The notes under the pieces were generated by a model. That model saw only the letters and a program-made list of their open reading frames with translations, was not told where the DNA came from and did not search any database. Source: Oopsacas minuta (taxonomy: Eukaryota > Animalia > Porifera). Taken from it: 45,960 nucleotides of DNA. Location of the stretch: NCBI GenBank assembly GCA_024704765.1, contig JAKMXF010000083.1, positions 1-45,960 of the forward strand, written 5' to 3'. Both the position numbers and the translations under genes were made by a program. This document shows, in pieces, positions 1 to 11,629 of this stretch. Within the stretch, counting starts at the first letter, position 1; each line of letters opens with the position of its first letter.

Positions 1-107
1 GTTATCTCAAAAAGAAAACTTTACAAGTGTCACTACTCTAATGAATTTCTTGAGTCCACAAATTGACGAACTCGTGACAACTGGCTTCGAGAATGAAAGG
101 GGAGTTC
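1..107. repeat. Dispersed repeat; inverted near-identical copy of 35291-35397
   Basis: 1-99 is the exact reverse complement of 35299-35397 and the match extends to about 107 with one mismatch. Confidence 0.9.
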
Positions 108-109
108 TG

Positions 110-540
110 CTTACCAAAAGCAATCACGGTTTACTTAAATTATCGTATTTTCCAAAAATATCTTCAGTATTCTTACTCGTAGTTTCACCCAACTGATCCT
201 ATTAAGAAATCCTCCATTCTAAATCATTCGTTTCGCAAACAAATGACAATTTAGGATATTCAACTTTGCTAGGAATTTGAATTTCTTCAGTTAATTCAGA
301 TATACTCTTTCTTAAGGATCTCCTGGCTCCTTCCGATTTCAGAGAAGTAAATAATTGTTCCATTTCTTGTTTACATGAGTTCAATTATCGAAATTTTAGA
401 CTTGTGTTTCATACTCTTTTCCAATTTTTCTAGGTGTAGTATGAGAGCTTTCCTTCTCTCTACAACTTTCAGGAGAACAGAATCAAACTTTCTTCTATCC
501 TTTTCGAATTTTCTTGAACATATTCTCAATCAGTACCAAC
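110..540 (-). pseudogene. Degraded coiled-coil coding fragment, possibly the coiled-coil/linker of a TRIM/NHL-type protein
   Basis: Two frames joined by a frameshift: KKFDSVLLKVVERRKALILHLEKLEKSMK... then NSCKQEMEQLFTSL...PKLSFVCETNDLEWRIS*, followed by stops. The family call is by resemblance only. Confidence 0.3.
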
Positions 541-594
541 TGAATTTTCTAGTAGAAAAGTCGCCATTCATACTATTAAGTGGAAATATCAAAA

Positions 595-1260
595 TATACG
601 AGCATTTGGCTTGTCACTTCGCGATGAACTCGGCACATTGTGCCTCGAGGTATTCAACGAACAAACAACAATTGAGATTTATTAAAATTGATGTTGTTTA
701 AAATATTCAGACTCAGCATACTCGAGTATACCAGTATGCTCGTTGAAATTATGATTCTACAACAATTTTGAAATGTCTTTACTTTATGTGCCTAAAAGTA
801 AACAAATATTCACAATATGTTGTTTACAATACCATATTTGGACTTCCTATACTCGATTACTCCAGTATAGTCGTTGAAAGTATGAGTCTACAACAATTTT
901 GAAATTTGTTTACTTAATATTCATTAAAACAACAATAAATTTACATATGAGAAACTTGAAAATGCGTATTTAGTTACGCCTGGGTAGCCGTTCAGAGCAA
1001 GCGTGTATGTATAATTGAGATTTGGATAATTTGTTTACTATATATTCATAAAAACAACAAATAAAATTACATATGATTAATCCCAAAGTGTGAAAATCGG
1101 ATTCAGTATGTTGGATATTTAGTTAAGTTTTATTACTGTATCTATATTTACTTCCTTGATAAACACGATAAATAGTCATGCGACAATTTCCAAATTGCAT
1201 ACCGTAAATCCTTTCTTTGACAACGGACGGACAAACAACAATTGAGATTTAATAATATAG
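595..1260 (+). repeat. Interspersed repeat family A (non-autonomous, Helitron/Helentron-like), copy 1
   Basis: Head TATACGAGCATTTGGCTTGTCACTTCGCGATGAACTCGGC, internally duplicated modules, and a 3' (CAAA)n-like tract followed by CAATTGAGATTT. Homologous to 22912-23628, 34338-34769 and 16940-17160. Confidence 0.75.
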
Positions 1261-1289
1261 TTATAGATTATCAAGTGTACTGTATTCAA

Positions 1290-1366
1290 GTCTATTAATT
1301 AAATTTGTTTTAATAGTGCCATTTTTTAAACAAATTTAATTAATAGACTCGGCTGTCAGCACAGGT
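1290..1366. repeat. Perfect 21-bp hairpin plus one terminus of MITE family B
   Basis: GTCTATTAATTAAATTTGTTT (1290-1310) pairs with AAACAAATTTAATTAATAGAC (1328-1348). The stretch ends ...GCTGTCAGCACAGGT, like the terminus of 22141-22308. Confidence 0.7.
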
Positions 1367-1514
1367 AATATTTTTTATGCTTAAAACAGAATTACAGACC
1401 GACTTTCAGAGTCTTAAAATTTTGCAATTTCTTTCATATTTTGATTTGTGAATTATCCCCTAACGAATTAATTAAAGCTCACAGAATTTCTATACAACAA
1501 ACACCTCAGTATAA

Positions 1515-3026
1515 TTATATTCTATCTTTAATATACTCATGTAGAATAGGAATATGTGAATGAGTAGGGAATATTGTGGTAGAATTTGTTGGTTTTATTT
1601 TGCTTGGCATCTTCTTTGTCGGAGACTTTGGTCTGAGTAATTCTATATCCGGTTTTGTACCTAACATAAATTTACCTTCTGGCCCTGCACATAGCTTCAA
1701 ATACTTATCAACATTAAAGTTAGTTGTAGAGATACTAGGTCCTACAGTAACCCAGCCTCTACGAATAGTATTATCATTCCCAAACACATGCAATCTACGA
1801 GTACCCAAACAAAAGTGTTCTATAATATGGAATATCTCTTCTGGCTTATCTGTACTAGCATATTCAGGTTCTTCTGTAATAATAATATCAAGATCTACAT
1901 TAGCATGAATAAATTGGGAATCAGTGTTCCTCCTTACAGTACCTCGTATACCCATAAGGCAGTGCTCCTTCGTGTGCTCTAACACTGAGCCCATCGTCTC
2001 TAAATGCTTCATGTGTCTCGGAAACTTTGTGTTCCTTTTCACCCAGCAGATATCTTCACAACGTCTGAAGCCCCATTTCCTGAGACAATCTCTCCCGATG
2101 TCTAGACCCTCAGCTGATCCACACCACAGGAATACGAACGCTCGCTGTGAAGCTATGGTCTCTATCGGTAGATTGATTATCTCATCAAAGTCCCAGGGAG
2201 CTTGGTTGAATTTAGCACCAGGAGCTCTCCTTTGATACTCCTCTAGAGGAGGATCTATCAAAATGACGTCAAACTCACAGCCTATTTGATGCAAATCATA
2301 TACCTTAAGATCAGCATGTATGTACATAGGATCAAATGCTATATCAGCTATCTGGTCATCTTTAAGCTTAATCAACTCCCTCAGTTTAGGATACTCCTCG
2401 AATCTTTCCTCCATACCGAAGTCACGAATAAAATTCTGCGGTCTTTGTCCGGTATCTACGAAGTTTTGTGAATAGTCATTATGAGGATTCAAACTCTGTG
2501 TACCCTTTAGGAAGGTTTTGCTATCAGAAAAGAATTTAGGTTTCAAATCATCTACGTGTGACATTGTACTAGGATGTAAGGTCTTAAGAGATGAGTATCC
2601 CTCTTCAGATTTCCTAGATTTCTGAGAGTGACCGTAGTTACTTTCGTTAGAACGTGAGCGGTAATTCTTGGAGCGAGGAGAGTTAGATCTCCTGGCGTTG
2701 TGACGATCTCTCTTCCTGTTCTTAGAACGATTTCTAGTGGAACTAGAGCTAGAGCGATATGATGGTCGTGAGGAGTAGGGAGAAGTATCCTTGGTTGTTT
2801 CACTGGAAGATTTGACTGTATGCTTTGAGCTACTGCTGTGACGTATGATGTGAGTTTTCTGTGGAGGCAGAGGAGTTATTGTGGGATGTGGATAGCTATC
2901 ATTTATATTCAGAACCTCTCTGAGGCTCTGTCCCTCTGTCAGACAGAAACACTGTGATAGAATCTTGCGACGTTTGCGGGACTTTTCTCGTAATTGCTTC
3001 AACTGAATACTTATAGCTTCGTCCAT
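1515..3026 (-). CDS. METTL14: N6-adenosine methyltransferase non-catalytic subunit METTL14 (MT-A70 family), single exon, 503 aa
   Basis: Uninterrupted ORF with METTL14-diagnostic segments FLKGTQSLNPHNDYSQNFVDTGQRPQNFIRD, YPKLRELIKLKD, FLWCGSAEGLD, WGFRRCEDICWVK, KEHCLMGIRGTVRR, FIHANVD, IIEHFCLG and LRPKSP. Confidence 0.97.
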   Translation of the reverse strand: MDEAISIQLKQLREKSRKRRKILSQCFCLTEGQSLREVLNINDSYPHPTITPLPPQKTHIIRHSSSSKHTVKSSSETTKDTSPYSSRPSYRSSSSSTRNRSKNRKRDRHNARRSNSPRSKNYRSRSNESNYGHSQKSRKSEEGYSSLKTLHPSTMSHVDDLKPKFFSDSKTFLKGTQSLNPHNDYSQNFVDTGQRPQNFIRDFGMEERFEEYPKLRELIKLKDDQIADIAFDPMYIHADLKVYDLHQIGCEFDVILIDPPLEEYQRRAPGAKFNQAPWDFDEIINLPIETIASQRAFVFLWCGSAEGLDIGRDCLRKWGFRRCEDICWVKRNTKFPRHMKHLETMGSVLEHTKEHCLMGIRGTVRRNTDSQFIHANVDLDIIITEEPEYASTDKPEEIFHIIEHFCLGTRRLHVFGNDNTIRRGWVTVGPSISTTNFNVDKYLKLCAGPEGKFMLGTKPDIELLRPKSPTKKMPSKIKPTNSTTIFPTHSHIPILHEYIKDRI

Positions 3027-3206
3027 AATAATTTGCTATCCAATCTTCGAATTGTAAACCAAGGCTAGAGATTCAAATAGAAGGATTAGAATATCACCTC
3101 CTAGCTCCTTAATACAAAAAACGGATTACAAAATAAGCCTGGCATAGGGAGGGGATATCCAATTTTTATGAAATTTTCGTTATGTAACGATTTAACCAGG
3201 GTAATA

Positions 3207-3618
3207 CGTAGGGCACTCGAAAAGTTTTGACGTTGACCGACATATCAGATAGTAATAATATAAAATTGACTATTACATTTTTTCAAAATACTCTCCCTGA
3301 CAATCTATACATTTTTCATTCTGGTAAACCAATTATCAAACACATTTTTTCCACTCTTCTTTGGGTATGTCTTCGATCGCTTGGAAAAGTGCCCCTCTCA
3401 ACTCCTCATTAGTCGAAAATCTCCTCCCAGGTAATTGATCTTTGAGTCTAGGGAATAACCAGAAGTCGCCAGGGGCTAAATCAGGACAGTAGGGTGGGTG
3501 AGGTAATGTTTTGAGTCCAGAATTTTCCAAAAACTCACGAGTTCTGATTGCCGTATGCGATGATGCATTATCATGATGAAGAAGAATTCCTCTAATGCCT
3601 GTCTTCAACCCACTCCTT
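3207..3618 (-). mobile_element. Mariner (DD34D) transposon, 3' part with right TIR
   Basis: ILLHHDNASSH...PHPPYCPDLAPGDFWLFPRLK motif; TA followed by TIR-like CGTAGGGCACTCGAAAAGTTTTGAC at 3205-3231; cut off at the N at 3619. Confidence 0.9.
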
Positions 3619-3619
3619 N

Positions 3620-3942
3620 CTCCTATTGAAAATCTATGGGGTGTACTTAAAAGAAGACTGATGGTGCGAGCACCAAAAACTGTATAACAGTTGAAGAAGG
3701 GAATTATTAAGATATGGCAATCATTCGATCCTGAATTTATTCAGCCGTTGTGCCTTTCAATGGAGAAAAGAATTAAACTCTGTTTGAAAAATAAGGGTGG
3801 AAAAATTAGATATTAATTTACTCGTTGCGGGATCACATATACATATTTCTTAATCATTAGTACATTGATATATTAAAGTTCAAAATAATAAGTATAAGTA
3901 ATCGATTGTTAAAATCAATGCCAATAATTGCGGGACATACTA
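3620..3942 (+). mobile_element. Tc1-type transposon, 3' part with right TIR
   Basis: PIENLWGVLKRRL...W...SMEKRIKLCLKNKGGKIRY* starts right after the N; TIR-like CCAATAATTGCGGGACATACTA followed by TA at about 3921-3944. Confidence 0.85.
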
Positions 3943-5066
3943 TATACACACAAACATATAGGTAAGTATCTACACATATGTTAATCGCGTTTTATAGTAA
4001 CCTGATTATAACTTCTAAGTTATTAAAAAATAATTTTCCATTTGTTTCATGGCTGGTGATTACCAACTAAACTAGTACATAAGCAATGAATATATTGCAG
4101 TTTATATTTTCATTTTATAGGCAGATTTAAATTTGTTTGTGTGGCTTTTTCTAATATACAAATAATTTGAAATTATGGCTTGTTCCTCTGGTAGGAACAA
4201 TCGCAAGTGACATCGACAATTATCCCTTGTGGACATGTGTAAGATTACGAATACGAATCAAAATACAAGTGGATCTACATCTCACGCGAAAAAAGAGCTG
4301 CATTTTGATGTAGAACTACAACCAACCGTAGGGTGTATTACATCTGAGGATTTAGATCATGAAATCGTTATTGGAGAAGCTGAATTAGGAAATTCATTAT
4401 GTCCCGCAGAACACTACATTCTTCATAACTGCGTTTACCTGTCAGAGTTTTTGGGAATATCATCCGATTAGTCTTAAGCCCCCCAATACATTAGTTTGAA
4501 ACTTACAATTTCTTGGATTATACACAAGAACGCGACATCGTCATATGTCTCCCAATTACTAAAATACTACAAGAGCGGAAATTTCCAAATAATTTAAAGA
4601 TTGAACCAGCCTTCACTAATATCAATATCGGGTTTTGCAATTGGAAAGTTCAATGATCACAAGAATTCACGCCAAAATAAAGTTGCACTAGAAGTGAAGT
4701 TGTTTGCCAAGGGGCAAGATACCATTTCCGCTTAACTGGATGCAGCAATGATGGATTCACAAGAACAGTGGCGAAGCTTTCTAGTCCAAGTCATTACTAA
4801 TCTAAAATTAAAATTTCTAGCTGATGAAACTGTGCTCAACTGGATAGTACTAGCTTTGCGAAGTGTCTTTCATCCAACCATTTGGGATATATGTCACCAG
4901 ATATTCAGAATGAAATTATACAGCTATTGGCTATGATGTTCAACGACGAATTGCTGCAGAATTTAAAAAATGTAACTACTTCATGGTATGTGCCGATGAA
5001 ACTATAACAGGATAAGAACAGCTATCAATGATTCTTAGAAGTGTAGCTTCCGACTTCACTATAAAT

Positions 5067-7056
5067 CAGGGTTGGCAGGTTTTGTCCATGTGGTAAAAAC
5101 CGTTCTGTCCAAAACCTCCTGACTGGATAAAACTGGTCATAACCGGTAAAAACCTAATTGTAATACTAGTGCATGTTACTTGTATATTTAATATCTGAAT
5201 AAATACTTGTTGATAGTTTGGCGTTCGCTTTGAGAGCATTTTTCAAGATGAGTTCTAAGCCTCCCAGCCTTTCCGCTGATCATAGCACTACATTTTATAC
5301 ACATCGCTCGTATTTTTCCACCATCTTCAACTTGGATGAAAATTTCCATATTGAATCAATGGGCCTTCTTCCTTGTGCCATTTCAAACTGGTCAATTTAA
5401 GTAAGTAAGATATACAATCTGCACGATAGTATTCAATTTCTATAATATCACAAATGCTTTGGATAATTACACCCGTTTAGAAAGTATATATGTACGAAAA
5501 CGAGGGGTACTCAATAACTTTTGGGCCTAAGTATCAAAAAGCATCAATCTATATTTATTTTTAGTATAATTGTTCGAAATAGCATTCCTTAGTTTGACTA
5601 CTCTTGTTCATTCGTTTAAATCAAGCTTGAATAGGTTCTTTAAATTCCTTTTCGTTGATGTTTCCGATCACTTCTCTGAGGGCCCCCTCAAGTTCAGAAT
5701 TCGATGCAAAATTTCTGCCTTTAAGGCATTTTTTTATTCTAGGAAGAGCCAGAAGTCGCACGGTGCTAGATCTGGAGAATAAGCGGGGTGTGGCAAATAT
5801 GTAGTCCTGATTCTTCAATGAATTGTCTTGTCATTTTTGATGTATGAGAACTGGCATTATCGTGGTGCAAAAAAGTTCCCCTTAATCCTGTGTCAGGACG
5901 CTGTAAATTTATTGCTTTTATGACTAGAGGCAAACAACTCTCTGTATACTAGGTTGAATTAATTGTCTTACCAGGTTCAAGAGGTATAACAGTTTTAACA
6001 CCCGTTGTATTAAACAAAATTGTATACATTTGTTTCTTGGTGTACTGAGTTCTGCGAACCTTTGTTGGGGGACCTTCTCCAATTTCACACCTTCGCCGAC
6101 TCTTCTACTTTGTTTCTGGATCATAGTGATAGATCCATGTTTCATCACCAGTTATTATCTTGGAAACATCTCTACTGTTGCCGTTGTTGAATTTTGTAAG
6201 CATTTCATGGCACCATTTCACTCGATTCTGCTTCTACTCAGTATGAAGCTAATGTGGGATCCAGCGGGCACAAAGTTTACGTAACTGAAGGGATTGGTGT
6301 AAAACGTGTGCACTGCCCCGGATGAAATGCCAATTTCGTGCTGAATCCTCTCATATGTAACATTTGGGTCTGCTATCACGATGTCCTCAATTGACTCAAC
6401 AATTCCCTCTGTAACAGCGTATGGGGGTGGTCCAAGGCGGGGTTGGTCTTCAAGATGAAAATTCCCATACTTAAATTCTCTGTACCATCTTTTCACTGTT
6501 GCCGCAGATACCTTGTTATTTGGAAAGGCTGTACAGAAAATTTCGTGAAATTCTTTTATTGTTTCCAAAAGTTGAAACTGAAAAAGTATTATCGCACGAA
6601 TATCACGCCTTGATAACTGTATTGAGGATTTGGTAACTTAGGAATCCATAGATAATAAAACTACTGCTATCTAAAAGTATACAAGATAAAAGTTACAAGA
6701 TTTTCAGCGAAGTATATTTATCCCATGTTTATTCGAAACAAGTAATGGTTTACTTATATAAGTGCTCGCAACATAGTCAGGCTTAAAACTTATTGAGTAC
6801 CCCTCGTACTTTATTAGTATATTAATTGGTTGAAACCACACATTTTATAATCACTTTACCGTTTCATTGTAAGCCAGTGTCAATAGTATATTACCAAATT
6901 AAAATAAGATATCAACAAGTTATATATGTATTCTTATTATTGAAGGGTATAGAATTGACCAGTTTTGACCGGTTTCGACCAGTTTTGGCCGGTAAAAACC
7001 GGGTTTTTCCCACTGTCCGTCCAAAACCAGTTTTGGACAGGACAAATCCAACCCTG
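5067..7056. mobile_element. Non-autonomous hAT-type element inserted in the hAT transposase
   Basis: Perfect 8-bp TSD CTATAAAT (5059-5066 and 7057-7064), TIR CAGGGTTGG...CCAACCCTG, and subterminal AAAACTGGTC/ACCGGT repeats at both ends. Confidence 0.93.
5501..6806 (-). mobile_element. Near full-length mariner with frameshifted transposase
   Basis: TIRs CGAGGGGTACTCAATAA at both ends, right TA at 6807-6808. Minus-strand fragments TVKRWYREFKYG...LEDQPRLG, ITGDETWIYHYDPETK, PHPAYSPDLAPCDFWL. Confidence 0.92.
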
Positions 7057-7181
7057 CTATAAATGAATACTTTTTTGGTTTGGTTACAATGTCTTTGGCT
7101 ACTGGAGAGAAGATTGCATATGCAATGATGGATGTGCTTCTACGACTCAATATTAATATTGCATACTGTCGTGCTCAAGTA

Positions 7182-7762
7182 TCGGGTGGGCCAAAAAAAA
7201 CGGGCCCCGTGCACATTTCAGTCCACCTTGAAACAATTAGTCAAACAAACGAAGTAATTTCTGTTCTATTTATTCTATTTAAAGATATGTTAGATAATCT
7301 AAAGACGAAGTAATAGAGTATCAGTAGAAGTCTTTGTGAGTTCAGAGATTTTTTGAATCGCGGTTCAAGGAAATTACATACAAATTTTGCATATATACGA
7401 TGTCAAAAATGCACCTTTGGAATCGAGAATTCAGGATTGGGTTAAGAGATTTCAGGCAGAGAGAGCTATTAATAACCTAAATTGTAAGCCCGAAGACCGT
7501 GCAAGTCATTCGGGGGGGGGGAAATAGTCCTGAAGAATGTAATGGGAATTTTGCTCTAAAAATCAAAAAATGGAAAGATTTTGATGGTATTTATCTAGAA
7601 CATAAGCTCTAATCGTTGTAGACTTTCAACTACGATGATAATAGTTTGTATTCGTCTTGTACGCCATTTCAGCTCTATAACTATAAAGTTTTGTTAATCT
7701 TTCCTAAATATTATGCACATTCGAATCTAATTGTTCGGGCCCGGTTATTTTGGCCCACCCTG
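7182..7762. mobile_element. Tc1/mariner-type MITE inserted in the hAT transposase
   Basis: Flanking TA at 7180-7181 and 7763-7764; imperfect TIRs of about 27 bp (GGGTGGGCCAAAA..A.CGGGCCC). Removing it rejoins CRAQ to the Y(D)GTANM motif. Confidence 0.85.
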
Positions 7763-9062
7763 TATACGTGGGACAGCGAATATGACAAGTATTGATAAAG
7801 GTGTAAAATCACAAATCCAGAATATTGTTCCAGAACCTTTTTTATGTTTTGTAAAACCACGGTGTAAATTTGGATCTTCAATATGCTATCGAAACCACTT
7901 GTTGGACTTATGACTTGATGCAGTATATAAATTGCCAATCAAATTTCATACGTGACAGCCGTAAAGATACGAAATAGTGAAGATATTGCAGAAGGAGCTT
8001 CATCCAGACGATGAACTGAATTCCGCTGTTCGTCGACCAGCTTGTCCAACTCAGTGGTAGCTGCAGAGGTTATAAGATAGCATGAGTTCATCTGTCTACA
8101 TATTTTACAAAAATGACATATCTTCAGTAGAAGATTTACAATTCGAAATTCGGATGTTGAAACGTGTAGTAAAGTCTGAAAAGTTAACAGTTTCATCCAT
8201 CACATCGTTCATTTCAATGTACAAGTCATTAGCTAAAGAGGTTAGAGATATGCTCCCTATGTTACACGGTTAGTAACCATTTTGCTGGTGGTGGGAGTCT
8301 CCGCAGGACGAAGCATTGGCGTACTTCGCCGACTCAAAACTGACGACACAACTATCGATTCTGGCAATCGAGAAGGAGAAATCTGCTGAGATAGACAGCA
8401 TGAAGATAGCAAGAGCGTTCATAAACACTGAACACCGTGAAGGAAGTTCGGGAGATTTCCAAAGCTCTAGTTTAGACTACCTAGATTACTAAATTGAGTG
8501 TTATTATTCATGCATTCATATCATTAAATCCACCCATGAAATACCAGCTTTCGACGCATCTGAGTGTTGATTGAAGTGGCAAATGAATTCGTTGGTGGAG
8601 GCTCAGATTATCGTCAATCTCTATTTTGAAAATTTGTATTGAATGATCTTAATTAAACACTTGATTCAATTATTTATTATCGTAAGAACATTTCATTATT
8701 TGTTAAAACTTATGTAAATATATAAATTGGCCTCACTTTAATTGCTTCCTAAGCACCTGAATTATCCACGGTACATGCAGGTCAGTGCCAGTAACTTGGT
8801 GTATTAGAATACTATGGCTCATCCAAAAAATTTAGTATGTATTATTGATGACATTGAATCTAACCTCAATCTATGATCATTATACTTAACCAGGGCCATT
8901 GGAACTTCAGAAAAGTGTGGCGGTTATCGCCATATTGAATAGTCTGCTGCCTCAAGCCGTCCGAGGTCAGACAGCATTGTACTTGACAACGAACAACTCA
9001 AGAAACTGATAGCAGACAACTATTGAGATTTAATATTTAAGATATAACCCTTTATTAGATAT

Positions 9063-9755
9063 ATGGCGTCTGCCTCTGCTAGAGGAAGTAGAGCCAAAGG
9101 TAAGAGCAAGACTCAGACGACCGGAATATTCTCAGAAATACAACACAAAGGTGCTCCACACAAATTAGCACCTATTGATCATATGGTGCTTATGCCTCTT
9201 CTAAGATCCAGAGATGTACCCAAATTGCTCAACTTCTCCGCTACCTATTATTTCAATCATGAATTGTGGCTAAATGCGTGGCAAGCTGCTTTGGGCAAAT
9301 CAGATTTTGCTGTCATCAAATCGATTCGTCTTTTTGTCCAGTTAAATTCCATCCATGCCTCAAATCTGGGAGCCTATTTCTTGCCAGATGGTTCAAAAGT
9401 AACTCTCCCCAAGGACATGATTTGTAAATCTGTACAAGGAACACAGCAATATAATTGCGCACCTGTAATCTCAACAGAGCCGAGTTCTCCATTAGACACC
9501 AGTTTCCAAGTTGTGAAAAGTGACTGTTTAGTGGCAGCCTTAGACCTGGTGTCACAAGGACTGGATCCTGCAGTACTTGTATTAGCATCTGCATACAATC
9601 CAGGGGGTGGGTATATGGAGGGGGCAGGTGCTCAAGAGGAGAATCTGTGTCGAAGAACAACTTTATGGCAAAATTTGATGGATCCATTTGGAGTTGGAGG
9701 TGAACGCAAATGGGTATATCCAATACCTGAATTTGGTGCTATCTACTCCCCTAAG
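9063..9755 (+). CDS. Bacterial-type poly(ADP-ribose) glycohydrolase (DUF2263/TIGR02452-like macrodomain), exon 1
   Basis: ATG-initiated 231 codons containing DCLVAA, PGGGYMEGAGAQEENLCRRT (GGG-X7-QEE PARG signature at 9603-9641) and YPIPEFGAIYSPK; ends at the phase-0 donor AAG|GTAAG at 9756. Confidence 0.9.
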
Positions 9756-11176
9756 GTAAGGCTTTTGTTAAAAGAAATGAAAATTTTAAGCCAGTTAGCC
9801 AACCCCAGCCCTGCATGAGCTTATTAGTTAGGTGTTAGGTATGTGCAGACAGAGATAGTATGCTGCTCGGGGGTCGTATTTCTACCCAAATTGCCCTAAG
9901 TACTTTTTGATTCAGTGATTATTATTAATTGAGGTATTAGCCTAGACTTGTGGAAATATTGTTTTAATCCAGGACCATGCAAGCCTAATTTTACCTGACC
10001 AGGTCAAACCTAATTAGAGTAGACATCAGGGCTCTGTCACGGCACAACTGGTCAGACCAGGACTAGAAGTCTATATGGAAGGTCTCTTACCGGAGGTCCA
10101 TTCAGTTATTATGCTTAGAACTGATTTATAGACATACATAACCATGTGATAGTTTAGTGGGCGCCAATACTGATCCTGAAAATCGTTCTACAAAGGGTGA
10201 ACCAGTTATGGGTAACACAACTGGACCGGTGTAAATCCTAGATTATACTCCGGTATGAAGTGGGCAAGCCCAGAACCTAACCTACTACGGAGGCCGGACC
10301 AGTTATGCAAGGTCGTACCTGTTATAGTTTGCCTTAACTGGTCCCGGAACAGTTAAAGCGTGACAGACTGACAGATCTCAATGGGTTGTGACTATTCTCT
10401 GATTCATTAAGATATACTGAGTAAAATATTATGCTATTATTAATACACAGTAATTTTTTAAAAATTTTCTGATATTTAATTCAAAACCGCATAGTTATTT
10501 AATAGAACAAACAAGCGACATGGACCTACGTCTTTTCTTATCGATTAAATTACATGCGAATATATATATATACGTATAGTTACCAACTATCTAGAATCTG
10601 GATATAGCCACTATTTTCAGTGCCCAGGCTGTGGCCTGGTCAAAACCGAGTCTGGAAAATTCTGCTCAGGTTTGACTTGGTCAGATTGCATTACTCTCAC
10701 GGTCCTGTAATCATATGATAAATTTCCTAATGCAGCTTTGAAAAATATTTATATGTATCGTGGAAGTACGACATATCTCTACGTAAGATATTTATATACA
10801 TACAAGTAATGCCTAAAATAGCCGAGAACAGCATTACATCCTACCAGTACAAAACATCCTCTGTACGTCGTACGGTAAAGAGAGAAATGTCGTATTAGTC
10901 TTGTAGAAAAAAGTCTCTTTTGGAAACTTGCTCCCATCGTATCTACAGCTTCATAACCCCTGAAGATATAATGAAACAAAACACGTGTGGAAAATTACCC
11001 TACGGCTAGATGCTAATATAAGCCAATTGGCAGGGAACCAGAGTAGCCAGACATATGGTCAAATACTTTGGAAAGTATTTAATACCAAATACAAATACAT
11101 TCGTAATTAGATAATGTTGATTCCCTTGTACAGTCGAAATTGAGTATTTCTTACGTCAGATTTTACCGATTACTAA

Positions 11177-11470
11177 CTAGGGGTGGTCTTGGTGCTATAG
11201 ACCCCCAAATAGACATTGGCCAGTTATCTAATCACCATATTGGTCATTTGTACTTTATATACCGATCTAATTGAATGATATAATGTTTAGAATCTTTTAT
11301 TAGGACTTAGAAATGGATCATTTTATATTCTATTAGGGTAACTAACGTATTCTTTGATGATTTATTATCTTATTGATTAATTACTTTCGTAATTAAATCA
11401 AATATTGAGTTTTATCGACCGATTTAAATAATTGTCGGCCATCTTCTGTTTTTAGACCCCTCCCCTAGTA
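11177..11470. repeat. Possible small MITE with CTAGGGG...CCCCTAG ends
   Basis: Short terminal inverted match CTAGGGG(T/A)GG only; no clear TSD. Confidence 0.35.
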
Positions 11471-11629
11471 TATTTGGGCTGGTGGCCCTTTCTCTATTGG
11501 ACATCTCATATAGTTGACAATTAGTTGGGAATTGTTTGGGGTATCACTTGTATTACTGAGTATTGTAGAAAATAGAATAAGAGTGAGTAATCATTAATAA
11601 TTTAAACACCATTATAGATTGATTAGAAG

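Larger units (their letters stand above)
4200..8470 (+). pseudogene. hAT transposase (ZMYM1/TTF-zinc-finger type) pseudogene, interrupted by nested insertions
   Basis: Collinear motifs: EPAF...GFCNWK (about 4600-4650), QEQWRSFLVQVI...KFL, YFMVCADET, KEQLSMILRSVASDFTI | NEYFFGLV...TGEKIA...LRLNINIAYCRAQ | Y.GTANM...KGVKSQI, FYKND...L..EI, RLVTILLVVGVSA.RSIGVLRRLKT, QLSILAIEKE. Many stops and frameshifts. Confidence 0.85.

Noticed and set aside
1576-2803. ORFs 1576-1908, 1788-1982, 1924-2235, 2286-2471 and 2552-2803
   Set aside because: Antisense or alternate-frame shadows of METTL14 with no recognisable motifs.
3207-3942. Natural mariner-Tc1 chimeric element with two different TIRs
   Set aside because: The switch falls exactly on the N at 3619, so it is best read as an assembly join.
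9756-9818. C-terminal VRLLLKEMK...SPA of the 251-aa ORF
   Set aside because: Intron read-through after the AAG|GTAAG donor; family similarity resumes at 13323.
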